Below the pieces are notes generated by a model. That model made no database searches, was not told the origin of the DNA, and saw nothing but the letters and a program-made list of their open reading frames with translations. From contig PS015010.1 in NCBI GenBank assembly GCA_048213135.1, forward strand, positions 496,001-560,000: 64,000 nucleotides of DNA, in the 5' to 3' direction. This document shows positions 1 through 9,502 of this stretch, in pieces. This DNA comes from Reclinomonas americana ATCC 50394. Its lineage: Eukaryota. How positions within the stretch are numbered: the stretch's first letter is position 1; each line of letters opens with the position of its first letter. A program made the position numbers and the translations under genes.

Positions 1-2
1 GT

Positions 3-1931
3 GTAACCGGTAACCAGACCGTTGAATATTCGCTGGACAATGGCAGCAACTGGACAACCATTTCCACTACTGTTCCCGCCAATACCACCCGTTTGTCGTG
101 GACACCACCGGCCGCGAATACCTCTACCGCATTGATCCGTGTTTCCAGCGGTTCACTTACCGATGCCAGTGATGCTAATTTCAGAATACTTGGTGTACCC
201 ACTAACCTCAATACGACGACAACATGTGCCGTTGGTGCAGTTGCCTTTACCTGGACTGCCGTAAGCGGCGCCACGCATTATGACCTCTTCAAACTGAATG
301 AAGCCACAGGCTTCTGGGAAACACTGGCAACTGACGTAACCGGCACTGCCTATACCGCAACCGGGCTTACTCCCGGTGCCAGCATGTGGTTCACTATTGC
401 TTCCAAAAGCAGCGCCAGCGGTGCGGTAAGTGAAAAAGCGCTTGCCATAAACAGGGTAGTGTCTACCACCGGCCTGCCTGCATTGGGTAATATATCAGGA
501 CAGAACAGCATTTGCGGAGCTGCCACAGCAGTGCCTTATTCCGTTGCTGCCGTAGCAGGAGCTACTACATATACCTGGACAGTTCCCGCAGGCGCTACCA
601 TTGCCGGCGGACAAGGCACCACCAACATTACCGTTAACTATACAGCGGGCAGCACCGGCGACATTACTGTAGTAGCCAGTGCAGGATCCTGCCAGTCGAA
701 TACTTCTGTACTCACCATTTCATCGGGCAGTGGTTCTATTGCTTCTCCCAACAGCGGGGGCAACCAGTCGCAGATCGCCTGTGCACCCAATCCAACGCCT
801 ACCTTAACTGCAACAGCTACCGTTCCCGCAGGACATACCGTAGTTTGGTACGATGCACCAGCCGCGGGTAACGTAGTGGCCAGTCCTGTATTGAATGCGG
901 TAGGTACCGTTACTTATTATGCAGCGAGCCGCAATACCAGCAGTGGTTGCGAAAGTGCTGCACGCACAGCGGTAACGCTTACCATCAGTAACCCTGCGCC
1001 AGCTACCATTGCTGCCAATGGCCCGGTTAGTTTCTGCCAGGGTGGTTCGGTTCAACTGACCGCATCGGCAGGCAGCAGTTATTTGTGGAGTACGGGTGCT
1101 ACCACGCAATCGATCACTGCAAGCGCAGCGGGTTCTTATACAGTGGCTGTAACGCAAAGCGGTTGTACGGTTACTTCACCGGCTACCACAGTAACCGTGT
1201 TTAGTCTGCCAACAGCCAGCATCTCTGCCAATGGCCCGGTTAGTTTCTGCCAGGGCGGTTCTGTTCAACTGACCGCATCTGCGGGAACAGCTTATTTATG
1301 GAGCACCGGCGCTACTACGCAATCAATCAATGTAAGTACAAGCGGCAACTACACCGTAAGGGTAACCAATGCCAACAACTGTAACAATACGTCAACAGCA
1401 ACAGTAGTAACTGTATCGCCACAACCGGCAGTCAGCATCAGCGCTTCGCCTTACACCAGGTTATACCCGGGACTGGCCACCACGCTTACCGCTACAGTTA
1501 CACCCGCAGGTACTTATACTTACAACTGGCTCAAAGGTGGCACCCCAACAGGCGTTACTACCTCCAGCATGCAGGTGAACAGTAATCAGCTGGGATCATA
1601 CAGTGTAGTGGTGACCAACAGCGGTGGTTGCAGCAATACTTCCGCGTTGCTGCCGATTGGTGATTCGGCTACCGCCAAACTCTTCATCTTCCCCAGTCCG
1701 AACAGGGGTAATTTTGAAGTGACCTATTACAGCAGCACCAGCAACGAAACCCGTTACCTGGTGATCTACGATTCCAAAGGAGCGAAAGTATATACCAAAG
1801 CGTTCAGCGCTAACGGGGCTTATTACCGTGAACCGGTGGATATGCGCCGCAATGGTAAAGGTGTGTACCGTGTAGTATTGTTTGACAAAAATGCGAAAAC
1901 CATTGCTACGGGAAGTGTAGTGATAGAATAA
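3..1931 (+). CDS. T9SS type A C-terminal-domain surface protein with FN3/PKD/Ig-like repeats (5' end outside window)
   Basis: Frame is open from base 3 (VTGNQTVEYSLDNGSNW...). Thr/Ser-rich beta-sandwich repeats; C-terminus IFPSPNRGNF...IYDSKG...GVYRV matches a T9SS CTD. Confidence 0.85.
   Translation, partial: VTGNQTVEYSLDNGSNWTTISTTVPANTTRLSWTPPAANTSTALIRVSSGSLTDASDANFRILGVPTNLNTTTTCAVGAVAFTWTAVSGATHYDLFKLNEATGFWETLATDVTGTAYTATGLTPGASMWFTIASKSSASGAVSEKALAINRVVSTTGLPALGNISGQNSICGAATAVPYSVAAVAGATTYTWTVPAGATIAGGQGTTNITVNYTAGSTGDITVVASAGSCQSNTSVLTISSGSGSIASPNSGGNQSQIACAPNPTPTLTATATVPAGHTVVWYDAPAAGNVVASPVLNAVGTVTYYAASRNTSSGCESAARTAVTLTISNPAPATIAANGPVSFCQGGSVQLTASAGSSYLWSTGATTQSITASAAGSYTVAVTQSGCTVTSPATTVTVFSLPTASISANGPVSFCQGGSVQLTASAGTAYLWSTGATTQSINVSTSGNYTVRVTNANNCNNTSTATVVTVSPQPAVSISASPYTRLYPGLATTLTATVTPAGTYTYNWLKGGTPTGVTTSSMQVNSNQLGSYSVVVTNSGGCSNTSALLPIGDSATAKLFIFPSPNRGNFEVTYYSSTSNETRYLVIYDSKGAKVYTKAFSANGAYYREPVDMRRNGKGVYRVVLFDKNAKTIATGSVVIE
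1013..1328 (+). repeat. Internal coding duplication (71-aa Ig-like unit, 213-nt offset)
   Basis: ANGPVSFCQGGSVQLTASAG..YLWSTGATTQSI occurs twice; near-identical DNA begins at 1013 and 1226. Confidence 0.85.
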
Positions 1932-1946
1932 TAAGACGATCCTTTT

Positions 1947-1988
1947 TTATAAAAGAAGCCCGGTTGATCAGCCGGGCTTCTTTTATAA
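1947..1988. terminator. Bidirectional intrinsic terminator
   Basis: TTATAAAAGAAGCCCGG...CCGGGCTTCTTTTATAA inverted repeat between convergent genes. Confidence 0.9.
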
Positions 1989-2013
1989 TTTAGCATTTAT
2001 TACCTGTAATTTT

Positions 2014-3702
2014 TTAAGAAAGTCCTTTCAGTTTTTTCCGGTTGAGCAGGAAGGTTTCAAATTGGGCCAGCGGCATACTGCTGAGGTTTTGCCCGGGTGT
2101 TACCAGTGCTTTTTGTGCGGCGAGTACTCCGTAGCGGGTATCGTCGAAACCTTCAATGCTGTGGGCATCGGGGTCGATAGAAATGAATACGCCTTTTTCC
2201 TGCGCATAATCAATATGTCTCCAGTCGATGTCGAGCCTGCTCGGGTGTGCATTCAGTTCAATCACCACGTGGTTGGCGGCGCAGGCATCGATGATCTTTT
2301 TATGATCGACAGGATAGCCTTTGCGGCTGAGCAGGAGGCGCCCGGTCATATGACCAAGTATAGTCGTATAAGGATTTTCAATAGCCGTGATCAGCCGCTG
2401 CATGGCTTTTTCTTCCGTCATGTTGAGGATGCTGTGTACAGAGCCGATCACCAGGTCGAAACTGGCGAGCACGCTGTTGCTGTAATCGAGGTTGCCATCG
2501 TACAGGATATCACTCTCCACGCTTTTAAAGATCTTAAAGTGGGTATAGCGGCTGTTCAGTTCATCTACCAGTTGCTGCTGTGCAGCTATGCGTTCCTCTG
2601 TAAGTCCATTGGCATAAAAGGCGCTTTTGCTGTGATCACTGATCACCAGGTATTCCAGCCCTTTGGCCTGCGCCGCAGCGGCCATTTCTTCCAGTGTGTT
2701 GCTGCCATCGCTCCAGTTGCTGTGGCTGTGAATGATGCCGCGGATATCTGAAGGTTGAATCAATACCGGCAGGGGACCGGCTTTGGCTTTTTCAATCACG
2801 GCACCTGTATTGCGGGCAAACACCGGTATAAAGGATATAGCTGCCTGTTCGAAAACAGCGGCATCGTCCTCACCTGTGAGTTGGGTGAAATCGGTATCCG
2901 GGAAATGACGGAAAAAACTTTCATTGAATTCGGTGGTGCCGGCTGTGCTGAACAGGCGTTGGGCAATATTACCTTCTCCGGTATGCAGGCGAAGCCTTAA
3001 ACCATTGTGCAGTTTATATAAGATGGTATCTTCTTTTTCTTCGAGCAGTTCGGGCGGGTTAGCCGATACAAATCTGGGTTTCACAGCTTCATTGCCTGCA
3101 TTCACCACAAATTCCAGTTCATCAATGATCTCTTCCTGTCTTTTGAAACTGCCGGTAAGGAATACCTGCCCGGCACCGAATAATTTTTCAAGGTAAGCAC
3201 TGACCTGCGGTACTACTTGTTCTACCTGCGGGTAAAGAAAGCTGCCCTGGTTGTGCAGGTAAAATTCAATGGTGCTGATGATCTGCAACTGTGTTTTTTC
3301 ACCAAAACCTTTATATAATTTCAACCGGTTTTCCTGGCAGGCATATAAGAGCTCACCGATGCTTTCGATGTGCATTTCTTTCCAGATGGTCGCGATTTTT
3401 TTCGGGCCGATGCCTTTAATATTTAACATTTCTATGATGCCGGCGGGGGTCCGGTCAACAATATCCCGGAGCGCCTGCAGCGACCCGGTATCGAGTAATT
3501 CGATGATCTTGCTGCCTGTGGAAGCGCCAATCCCTTTGATGCTGGTGATCTCTTCGCGGGGTGTTTCGCTTAATTGTACCGGTAATTTTTCTATGTTGAA
3601 AGCGGCGGCGGCATATGATTTTGCCTTGAAGGAATTCTCTCCGTGAATGTCCATCAGTTTGCTTAGCAGGGAAAAAGTGTCGGCTATCTGGTAATTGTCC
3701 AT
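2014..3702 (-). CDS. polX: PolX-family protein with C-terminal PHP domain (non-canonical polymerase site)
   Basis: N-terminal GENSFKAKSY/HhH motifs (IKGIG, GIGPKK, GFGEKT); PHP motifs HSH, SDHS, GHMTGR, DAH. Confidence 0.9.
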   Translation of the reverse strand: MDNYQIADTFSLLSKLMDIHGENSFKAKSYAAAAFNIEKLPVQLSETPREEITSIKGIGASTGSKIIELLDTGSLQALRDIVDRTPAGIIEMLNIKGIGPKKIATIWKEMHIESIGELLYACQENRLKLYKGFGEKTQLQIISTIEFYLHNQGSFLYPQVEQVVPQVSAYLEKLFGAGQVFLTGSFKRQEEIIDELEFVVNAGNEAVKPRFVSANPPELLEEKEDTILYKLHNGLRLRLHTGEGNIAQRLFSTAGTTEFNESFFRHFPDTDFTQLTGEDDAAVFEQAAISFIPVFARNTGAVIEKAKAGPLPVLIQPSDIRGIIHSHSNWSDGSNTLEEMAAAAQAKGLEYLVISDHSKSAFYANGLTEERIAAQQQLVDELNSRYTHFKIFKSVESDILYDGNLDYSNSVLASFDLVIGSVHSILNMTEEKAMQRLITAIENPYTTILGHMTGRLLLSRKGYPVDHKKIIDACAANHVVIELNAHPSRLDIDWRHIDYAQEKGVFISIDPDAHSIEGFDDTRYGVLAAQKALVTPGQNLSSMPLAQFETFLLNRKKLKGLS

Positions 3703-3706
3703 TCGG

Positions 3707-3738
3707 TAAAATTAGAAATTCAAAAGTGAAAAGTCAAA
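3707..3738 (-). promoter_or_regulatory. Bacteroidota sigma-70 promoter for polX (TTTG-N20-TAATTTTA)
   Basis: -7-like box at 3707-3714 ends 4 nt before the ATG; TTTG at 3735-3738 lies inside a TTTTGAN 7-mer array. Confidence 0.55.
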
Positions 3739-3826
3739 ACGAACCCGGACGGGTAAAACGGGAGAGGAGGAGGTGCCGGCTGGCCTGAAAAGCCTTGTTT
3801 GAAGCGGGTTCCGGAGGTATATAAAG

Positions 3827-3856
3827 TAAAAGTCCCGGTATAAACCGGGACTTTTA
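3827..3856. terminator. Intrinsic terminator after the histone-like gene
   Basis: TAAAAGTCCCGGT-ATAA-ACCGGGACTTTTA perfect hairpin. Confidence 0.85.
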
Positions 3857-3883
3857 ATATTTTGCTTTTGCAAAAAGCTAAGA

Positions 3884-4060
3884 TTATTTTTTCTTAGCAG
3901 CGGCTTTTTTAGGAGCAGCTTTCTTAGCAGCTTTTTTAGGAGCAGCTTTTTTAGCGGCTTTTTTAGGAGCAGCTTTTTTAGCGGCTTTTTTAGGAGCGGC
4001 TTTCTTAGCAGCAGCTTTTTTAGGAGCAGCTTTTTTTGCAGCTTTTTTCTTTGTTGCCAT
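3884..4060 (-). CDS. 58-aa Lys/Ala-rich histone H1-like protein (not in ORF track)
   Basis: Manual translation MATKKKAAKKAAPKKAAAKKAAPKKAAKKAAPKKAAKKAAPKKAAKKAAPKKAAAKKK*. A-rich start context, synonymous variation between repeats, downstream terminator. Confidence 0.88.
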   Translation of the reverse strand: MATKKKAAKKAAPKKAAAKKAAPKKAAKKAAPKKAAKKAAPKKAAKKAAPKKAAAKKK

Positions 4061-4093
4061 TTTTTTAAATTTAATTGGTTAGTAAATAATACT

Positions 4094-4124
4094 TAAAAGT
4101 AAAAATATTTTTTAAACTACCAAA
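4094..4124 (-). promoter_or_regulatory. Putative promoter of the histone-like gene (TTTG-N19-TACTTTTA)
   Basis: Matches the Bacteroidota -33/-7 layout with one mismatch in the -7 box. Confidence 0.5.
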
Positions 4125-4141
4125 AAAAATTATAAAAAATG

Positions 4142-4408
4142 TTAAGCCGTAACTTCTACTGCGTTAACAGAGATAACGGTTTTATCACCTTTGGTTTTTC
4201 TGAATTCAACCAGTCCGTCAGTGAGTGCGAAGATGGTGAAGTCCCTTCCAACGCCAACGTTTTTACCAGGATGGTAAACAGTACCACGCTGACGAACGAT
4301 GATGTTACCGGCGAGCGCAGGCTGACCACCATAAATTTTAACACCTAACCTTTTGCTTTGTGAATCTCTGCCGTTCTTTACGGAACCTTCACCTTTTTTG
4401 TGTGCCAT
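4142..4408 (-). CDS. rpmA: 50S ribosomal protein L27
   Basis: [24 protein letters not shown]...IIVRQRGT signature. Confidence 0.98.
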   Translation of the reverse strand: MAHKKGEGSVKNGRDSQSKRLGVKIYGGQPALAGNIIVRQRGTVYHPGKNVGVGRDFTIFALTDGLVEFRKTKGDKTVISVNAVEVTA

Positions 4409-4484
4409 TGTAAAATGTATTTATTAATTGATTTGTTAACGGATCTCCTGATAATGTCTTACGAAGTAAGATCACAAAAGATCA

Positions 4485-4790
4485 TTAAGCAATACCAGTT
4501 ACTTTAATGTGGGTATACTGGGTGCGGTGACCGTGTTTTTTACGGAAACCTTTCCTTCTTTTCATTTTGAAAGCGATCACTTTGTCGCCTTTCACCAGAT
4601 CATTAACGATCTCGGCTTTAACTACAGCTTTAACGTCTGCGCCTGTGGCTACAGTACCGTTGTTGTCGGTCATCAAAACTTCAGAAAATTCAACAGCGTC
4701 ACCGGTTTTACCTGCTACGTGAGGTACATACAGGCTGTCTCCTGCTTTTACTTTAAATTGCTGACCTGCTATTTTAACTACTGCTAACAT
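4485..4790 (-). CDS. rplU: 50S ribosomal protein L21
   Basis: MLAVVKIAGQQFKV...KRRKGFRKKHGHR; start moved to the ATG at 4790, downstream of the promoter box. Confidence 0.97.
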   Translation of the reverse strand: MLAVVKIAGQQFKVKAGDSLYVPHVAGKTGDAVEFSEVLMTDNNGTVATGADVKAVVKAEIVNDLVKGDKVIAFKMKRRKGFRKKHGHRTQYTHIKVTGIA

Positions 4791-4812
4791 AAATATCCCA
4801 AATTTAGGACGG

Positions 4813-4820
4813 CAAAGGTA
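4813..4820 (-). promoter_or_regulatory. -7 box TACCTTTG of rplU-rpmA
   Basis: Exact TAnnTTTG match 22 nt upstream of the rplU ATG. Confidence 0.75.
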
Positions 4821-4943
4821 AGGGGTTTTGAGGAAAAAACAGCTATAAATATAAAAAAAATCACCCGGCGGATTAGCCCGCAGCCTGTACCTTATCCTGT
4901 ATACCCGGTTCAAACCCTTCAAAATCCCTATTTTCGCCTGATT

Positions 4944-5696
4944 ATGACCCGTTTTGCCAGGTTTTTGTTCACTTTATACGCGTTTATACCCTTTACGGTA
5001 TTCCTCTTGCTCATTTTTCCCCTGGCAGTGATCGCCTCTTTTTTCGGCAAAATGAAGGGAGGCAACTTCATCTACCGGCTTTGTCATGCCTGGGCGGCCT
5101 TTGTACTGTTTATGCTGGGGATCCGGCACCGTACCACATACGAATCTACCCCCGACCCGGAAGAGCAATACGTATTTGTATTCAACCACATCTCTTTCCT
5201 CGACATCCCGGTGATGATGAAAGCACTCCGGGGCAGGCATTTCCGGGTGCTGGGCAAGGCTGAAATGGCAAAAATACCCATATTCGGCTTCCTCTACCGG
5301 CAAACGGTGGTGCTGGTGGAACGGGACAATGCTGCCAACAGGGCCAGGAGCGTCAAGCAACTGAAATCCATCGTCAATAAAGGCACGTCCATCGTTATTT
5401 TTCCCGAAGGCACATTTAATATGACCCATCAGCCGCTGAAAGACTTTTACGACGGGGCCTTCCGCATCGCTATCGAAACACAAACCCCCATTCAGCCCAT
5501 ACTCCTGCTCGATACGTACGACCGCATGCATTATAACAGCATCTTTTCCCTTAACCCCGGCCGGTCGAGGGCGGTATATATTAATGCCATACCCACTGGA
5601 GGAATGACACTTGACCAGTTACCCCTCCTCAAACAAAAGGTATACGACGCCATGGCTGATGGACTGCTTCGTTACCATGCTTCCTGGATCTCGTGA
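4944..5696 (+). CDS. plsC: 1-acyl-sn-glycerol-3-phosphate acyltransferase
   Basis: NHISFLD (HX4D) and FPEGT motifs; N-terminal TM segment. Confidence 0.9.
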   Translation: MTRFARFLFTLYAFIPFTVFLLLIFPLAVIASFFGKMKGGNFIYRLCHAWAAFVLFMLGIRHRTTYESTPDPEEQYVFVFNHISFLDIPVMMKALRGRHFRVLGKAEMAKIPIFGFLYRQTVVLVERDNAANRARSVKQLKSIVNKGTSIVIFPEGTFNMTHQPLKDFYDGAFRIAIETQTPIQPILLLDTYDRMHYNSIFSLNPGRSRAVYINAIPTGGMTLDQLPLLKQKVYDAMADGLLRYHASWIS

Positions 5697-5777
5697 AAAG
5701 AAAGACGAACTGCAGCATGACCGGCAAGCATCAATTATTCAACAGGACAGTACCGTAATTCGTAACTTTATTTCTTC

Positions 5778-8252
5778 ATGCAGGAAACAGGCACCTCACT
5801 ATTCAATACGGAAGCAACAGCATGGGCGGAAGTGATACTGCCGCTGGCGCTGCCAACTACCTATACTTATGCAATCCCCGATGAACTGCTGGCAAAAGCC
5901 CAACCGGGATGCCGGGCGGAAGTCGTATTTGGCCGTAATAAAAAATATGCCGGTGTTATTCGTTCCATAACCAGCGAACGCCCGGGTTACGAAACCAAGC
6001 CTCTGCTTAATGTGCTGGACGATGAACCGGTAGTATATCCCCGCCAGCTGCAACTGTGGAAATGGCTGAGCGAATACTATATGTGCAGTGAAGGAGAGGT
6101 AATGGCCGCGGCACTGCCCACGCATTTTAAACTCAGCAGCGAAACCATACTGATATATAATGAAGCCATCGGCGACGATTTCTCATCGCTTGATGATGAA
6201 GAGTTTCTTGTGGCGGAAGCGCTGCTGTTAAAAAAAGAACTGCGCTTATCCGAAGTGCAGCAGATACTGGATGTTACCCATGTATACCCGCTGGTGAAAC
6301 GCCTGATCGATCAACAGGTGTGCCTGGTATGGGAAGCCATGGATGAACGTTATAAAATAAAACAGGCCACTTATATTTCATTGCACCCCGACTACCGGGA
6401 TGAAGACCATCTTTCGGAACTGCTGAACAACTGGTCAAGGGCACCCAAACAAATGGAACTCCTGCTGGCTTACCTGCACCTGCAAAAAACAGAAGGAGAG
6501 GTCATGCAGCCCGAACTTCTTAAAAAATCCGGTGCTACCGCTGCGCAACTGAAGGGGCTCGTGGACAAAAATATTTTGATTGCGGAGAAAAGGGCCGTTG
6601 ACCGCATCAGCAGCCTGCCGCCCGTTTTTAATATTGATTTTGAGCTGAGTCCCGCACAGCAGGAAGCACATGAAAAAGTAAGGAACGGACTCCTCAACAA
6701 ACCGGTATGCCTGTTACATGGTATCACCGGCAGCGGTAAAACGCAGGTCTATATCAAACTGATTGAGGAATATTGCCGTGGCGACAGGCAGGTACTGTAC
6801 CTGCTGCCCGAGATCGCACTGACGGCACAGATCATACGCCGTTTGCAAAAACATTTTGGCGGCAACATCGCTATCTATCATTCCAAGTTCAACAACAATG
6901 AAAAAGTGGAGTTGTGGAATAAGATACGGACCGGCGCCATCAAGATCGTACTGGGAGCCAGGAGCGCACTCTTCCTGCCTTTCCGCGAACTGGGGCTTAT
7001 TATAGTGGATGAAGAGCATGACCCGTCGTACAAACAACAGGACCCCGCGCCACGCTATAATGCACGTGATGCGGCCATTTACTATGCAAACCTGTGTAAG
7101 GCCAAAGTACTGCTGGGCAGCGCTACACCTTCCCTGGAAAGTTATTTTAACGCGGAACAGGATAAGTATGCCCTGGTGGAACTGAACGAACGTTATGGCG
7201 GCATCGAACTGCCGGAAACCACCATCATCGACACCAGGCAAAGCACTAAGAAAGGCAAACTGATGATCAGCCCCGCATTGCAGGAAGCCATGCAGCAAAC
7301 GCTGGATGCCGGTAAACAGGTGATCCTGTTTCAGAACAGGCGGGGCTATAATCCTTACCTCATCTGCGGCGTATGCGGTTTCATTCCCCAATGTACACAT
7401 TGCGATGTATCGCTTACCCTGCATAAGTTCAGCAATAAACTGCATTGCCATTATTGCGGAAGTACCTATCCCAAACTGGTGACCTGCCCGGCCTGTGGCA
7501 GTAACGACTGGCTGGAAAAGAATTTCGGTACAGAAAAAATAGAAGAACAACTGGAAGCGGATTTTGAAAAATACAAAGTGGCCCGCATGGATGTGGACAG
7601 TGTTCGTGGTAAAACAGCGCACGATAACCTCATCTCTTTATTTGAACAGCACCGGCTCGATATACTGGTAGGTACACAAATGGTGGTAAAAGGCCTCGAT
7701 TTTGATAAGGTAAGCCTGGTAGGTATACTGGATGCCGACGGGTTGCTGGGCTTTGCCGATTTCAGGGTGAATGAACGGGCTTTCCAGCTGATGGAACAGG
7801 TGAGTGGACGGGCAGGCCGCAAACAGGAGCGGGGCAAAGTAATGATACAGGCCACCAATACCAAACACCCGGTACTGCAACTGGTGCAACAACACGACTA
7901 TCTCAGTTTCTTCCGTATGGAACTGGCGAACAGGCAGCATTTTTTCTACCCGCCGTTCAGCCGCCTCGTACAACTTACTTTAAAACATAAGGATAAGGAC
8001 CTCACCGGCCGTGCCGCGGAACGACTGGTACAATCATTGAAGCAGGACCTGAAGGATTATGTGATCGGTCCCGCAGCGCCTGTCGTGAACCGCGTCCGCA
8101 ACCAATACCTCATGGAAATACTCATTAAGCTGCCCAAAGAACCGGGCATGAGTATTGCCTATAAAAAAGTGATACGTAACCATATCAACCTGGTGCTGTC
8201 TGACAAAGCGTATAAGCCTGTGCAGGTAGTGGTGGATGTTGATCCTAATTAA
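5778..8252 (+). CDS. priA: Primosomal protein N' (replication restart helicase)
   Basis: GITGSGKT, LLPEIALT, DEEH, four CxxC pairs, QVSGRAGR, C-terminal DVDP. Confidence 0.97.
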   Translation: MQETGTSLFNTEATAWAEVILPLALPTTYTYAIPDELLAKAQPGCRAEVVFGRNKKYAGVIRSITSERPGYETKPLLNVLDDEPVVYPRQLQLWKWLSEYYMCSEGEVMAAALPTHFKLSSETILIYNEAIGDDFSSLDDEEFLVAEALLLKKELRLSEVQQILDVTHVYPLVKRLIDQQVCLVWEAMDERYKIKQATYISLHPDYRDEDHLSELLNNWSRAPKQMELLLAYLHLQKTEGEVMQPELLKKSGATAAQLKGLVDKNILIAEKRAVDRISSLPPVFNIDFELSPAQQEAHEKVRNGLLNKPVCLLHGITGSGKTQVYIKLIEEYCRGDRQVLYLLPEIALTAQIIRRLQKHFGGNIAIYHSKFNNNEKVELWNKIRTGAIKIVLGARSALFLPFRELGLIIVDEEHDPSYKQQDPAPRYNARDAAIYYANLCKAKVLLGSATPSLESYFNAEQDKYALVELNERYGGIELPETTIIDTRQSTKKGKLMISPALQEAMQQTLDAGKQVILFQNRRGYNPYLICGVCGFIPQCTHCDVSLTLHKFSNKLHCHYCGSTYPKLVTCPACGSNDWLEKNFGTEKIEEQLEADFEKYKVARMDVDSVRGKTAHDNLISLFEQHRLDILVGTQMVVKGLDFDKVSLVGILDADGLLGFADFRVNERAFQLMEQVSGRAGRKQERGKVMIQATNTKHPVLQLVQQHDYLSFFRMELANRQHFFYPPFSRLVQLTLKHKDKDLTGRAAERLVQSLKQDLKDYVIGPAAPVVNRVRNQYLMEILIKLPKEPGMSIAYKKVIRNHINLVLSDKAYKPVQVVVDVDPN

Positions 8253-8365
8253 TTACGAATTACAAATTATGAATTACGAATTATGGGATCACATAAGTGT
8301 AGCGCTAACTATTTACTCACCTGCAGCAGAATTCTCTTGTAATTCGTAATTTGTAATTCGTAATT
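8251..8365. repeat. Inverted pair of 7-mer arrays: (AATTACG)x5 - 52-nt spacer - (CGTAATT)x4
   Basis: Degenerate copies at 8251-8285 and 8338-8365 are reverse complements of each other. Confidence 0.9.
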
Positions 8366-8373
8366 AACTCAAA

Positions 8374-9408
8374 GTGGAAATAGAAAATAACATATCGCTG
8401 CAACCTTACAATACATTTGGTATTGATGTGAAGGCCCGGTATTTTTCAAGATTCAATAATTTTGGGGAGTTGCAGGAACTGGCAGCATTCCGCGAAAAAG
8501 AGGAACTGCCCTGGTTGATACTGGGCGGCGGCAGCAATATCCTTTTTACAAAAGATGTGGACGGCCTGGCGGTGAAGAATGAGATCCGCGGTATTCATAT
8601 CGTTAAGGAAGATGAACATCACGCCTATGTGCAGGCCGGGGCGGGAGAGAACTGGCACAGCTTTGTACAGTATTGTATTTCCGCAGGATTATCGGGTGTT
8701 GAGAACCTGTCGTTAATACCGGGGAATGTTGGTGCTTCACCCATGCAAAACATCGGTGCTTATGGTGTGGAAATAAAAGATATGTTTCATTCGCTTGAAG
8801 CCTTTCATGTCGATGAAAAGAAAATGCACCAGTTCAGTCTTAATGATTGTGAATTCGGTTACCGCGAAAGTGTATTTAAGCGCCGGTATAAAGACCAGTT
8901 CGTGATCTGTTCCGTTACCTATCGTTTGAATAAACAACCGGTCTTCAATACTTCCTATGGCGCCATTGTACAGGAGCTGGAGAAGATGGGTGTGCAGGAC
9001 CTCAGTGCAAAAGCCATATCCGAAGCCGTCATCCGCATCCGCCAGTCCAAACTCCCCGACCCTAAGGTGACCGGCAATGCAGGAAGTTTTTTCAAAAACC
9101 CGGAAGTAACAAAAGAGTTATATCTCGGGTTAAAAGAACAATATCCAGACCTGGTGGGTTTCGACCTGCCGAATGGCAACGTTAAACTGGCGGCAGGCTG
9201 GCTCATTGAGCATTGTGGCCCGGCAGAAGGACAGAGCTGGAAAGGTTACCGCAAAGGTGATGCAGGTTGTCATGCCCGGCAGGCACTGGTGCTGGTGAAT
9301 TACGGACATGCTTCCGGGGAAGAAATATATAATTTAAGCACCGCTATTTTGCAAAGTGTGCTGGAGAAATTCGGTGTTGTACTGGAAAGGGAAGTGAATG
9401 TGGTATAA
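8374..9408 (+). CDS. murB: UDP-N-acetylmuramate dehydrogenase
   Basis: LGGGSN, IPGNVGASPMQNIGAYG, GYRES.FK, GNAGSFFKNP, LEREV; GTG start. Confidence 0.97.
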   Translation: MEIENNISLQPYNTFGIDVKARYFSRFNNFGELQELAAFREKEELPWLILGGGSNILFTKDVDGLAVKNEIRGIHIVKEDEHHAYVQAGAGENWHSFVQYCISAGLSGVENLSLIPGNVGASPMQNIGAYGVEIKDMFHSLEAFHVDEKKMHQFSLNDCEFGYRESVFKRRYKDQFVICSVTYRLNKQPVFNTSYGAIVQELEKMGVQDLSAKAISEAVIRIRQSKLPDPKVTGNAGSFFKNPEVTKELYLGLKEQYPDLVGFDLPNGNVKLAAGWLIEHCGPAEGQSWKGYRKGDAGCHARQALVLVNYGHASGEEIYNLSTAILQSVLEKFGVVLEREVNVV

Positions 9409-9502
9409 TTACGAATGACGAATTACGAATGCCGCAGGATTCGGTAAGCGCAATCATAACCTGTCGCAGGATTCGTAATTCATCATTTGAAAATTCGTAA
9501 TT
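9407..9502. repeat. Inverted pair of AATTACG / CGTAATT 7-mer arrays between convergent genes
   Basis: Arrays at 9407-9434 and 9467-9502, with an 11-bp direct repeat CGCAGGATTCG at 9433 and 9465. Confidence 0.85.

Noticed and set aside
4791-4922. N-terminal extensions given by the ORF track for rplU (likewise rpmB, rimO, purK and the 53353 sigma ORF)
   Set aside because: The extensions cross promoter boxes or repeats; family-typical N-termini begin at downstream ATGs.
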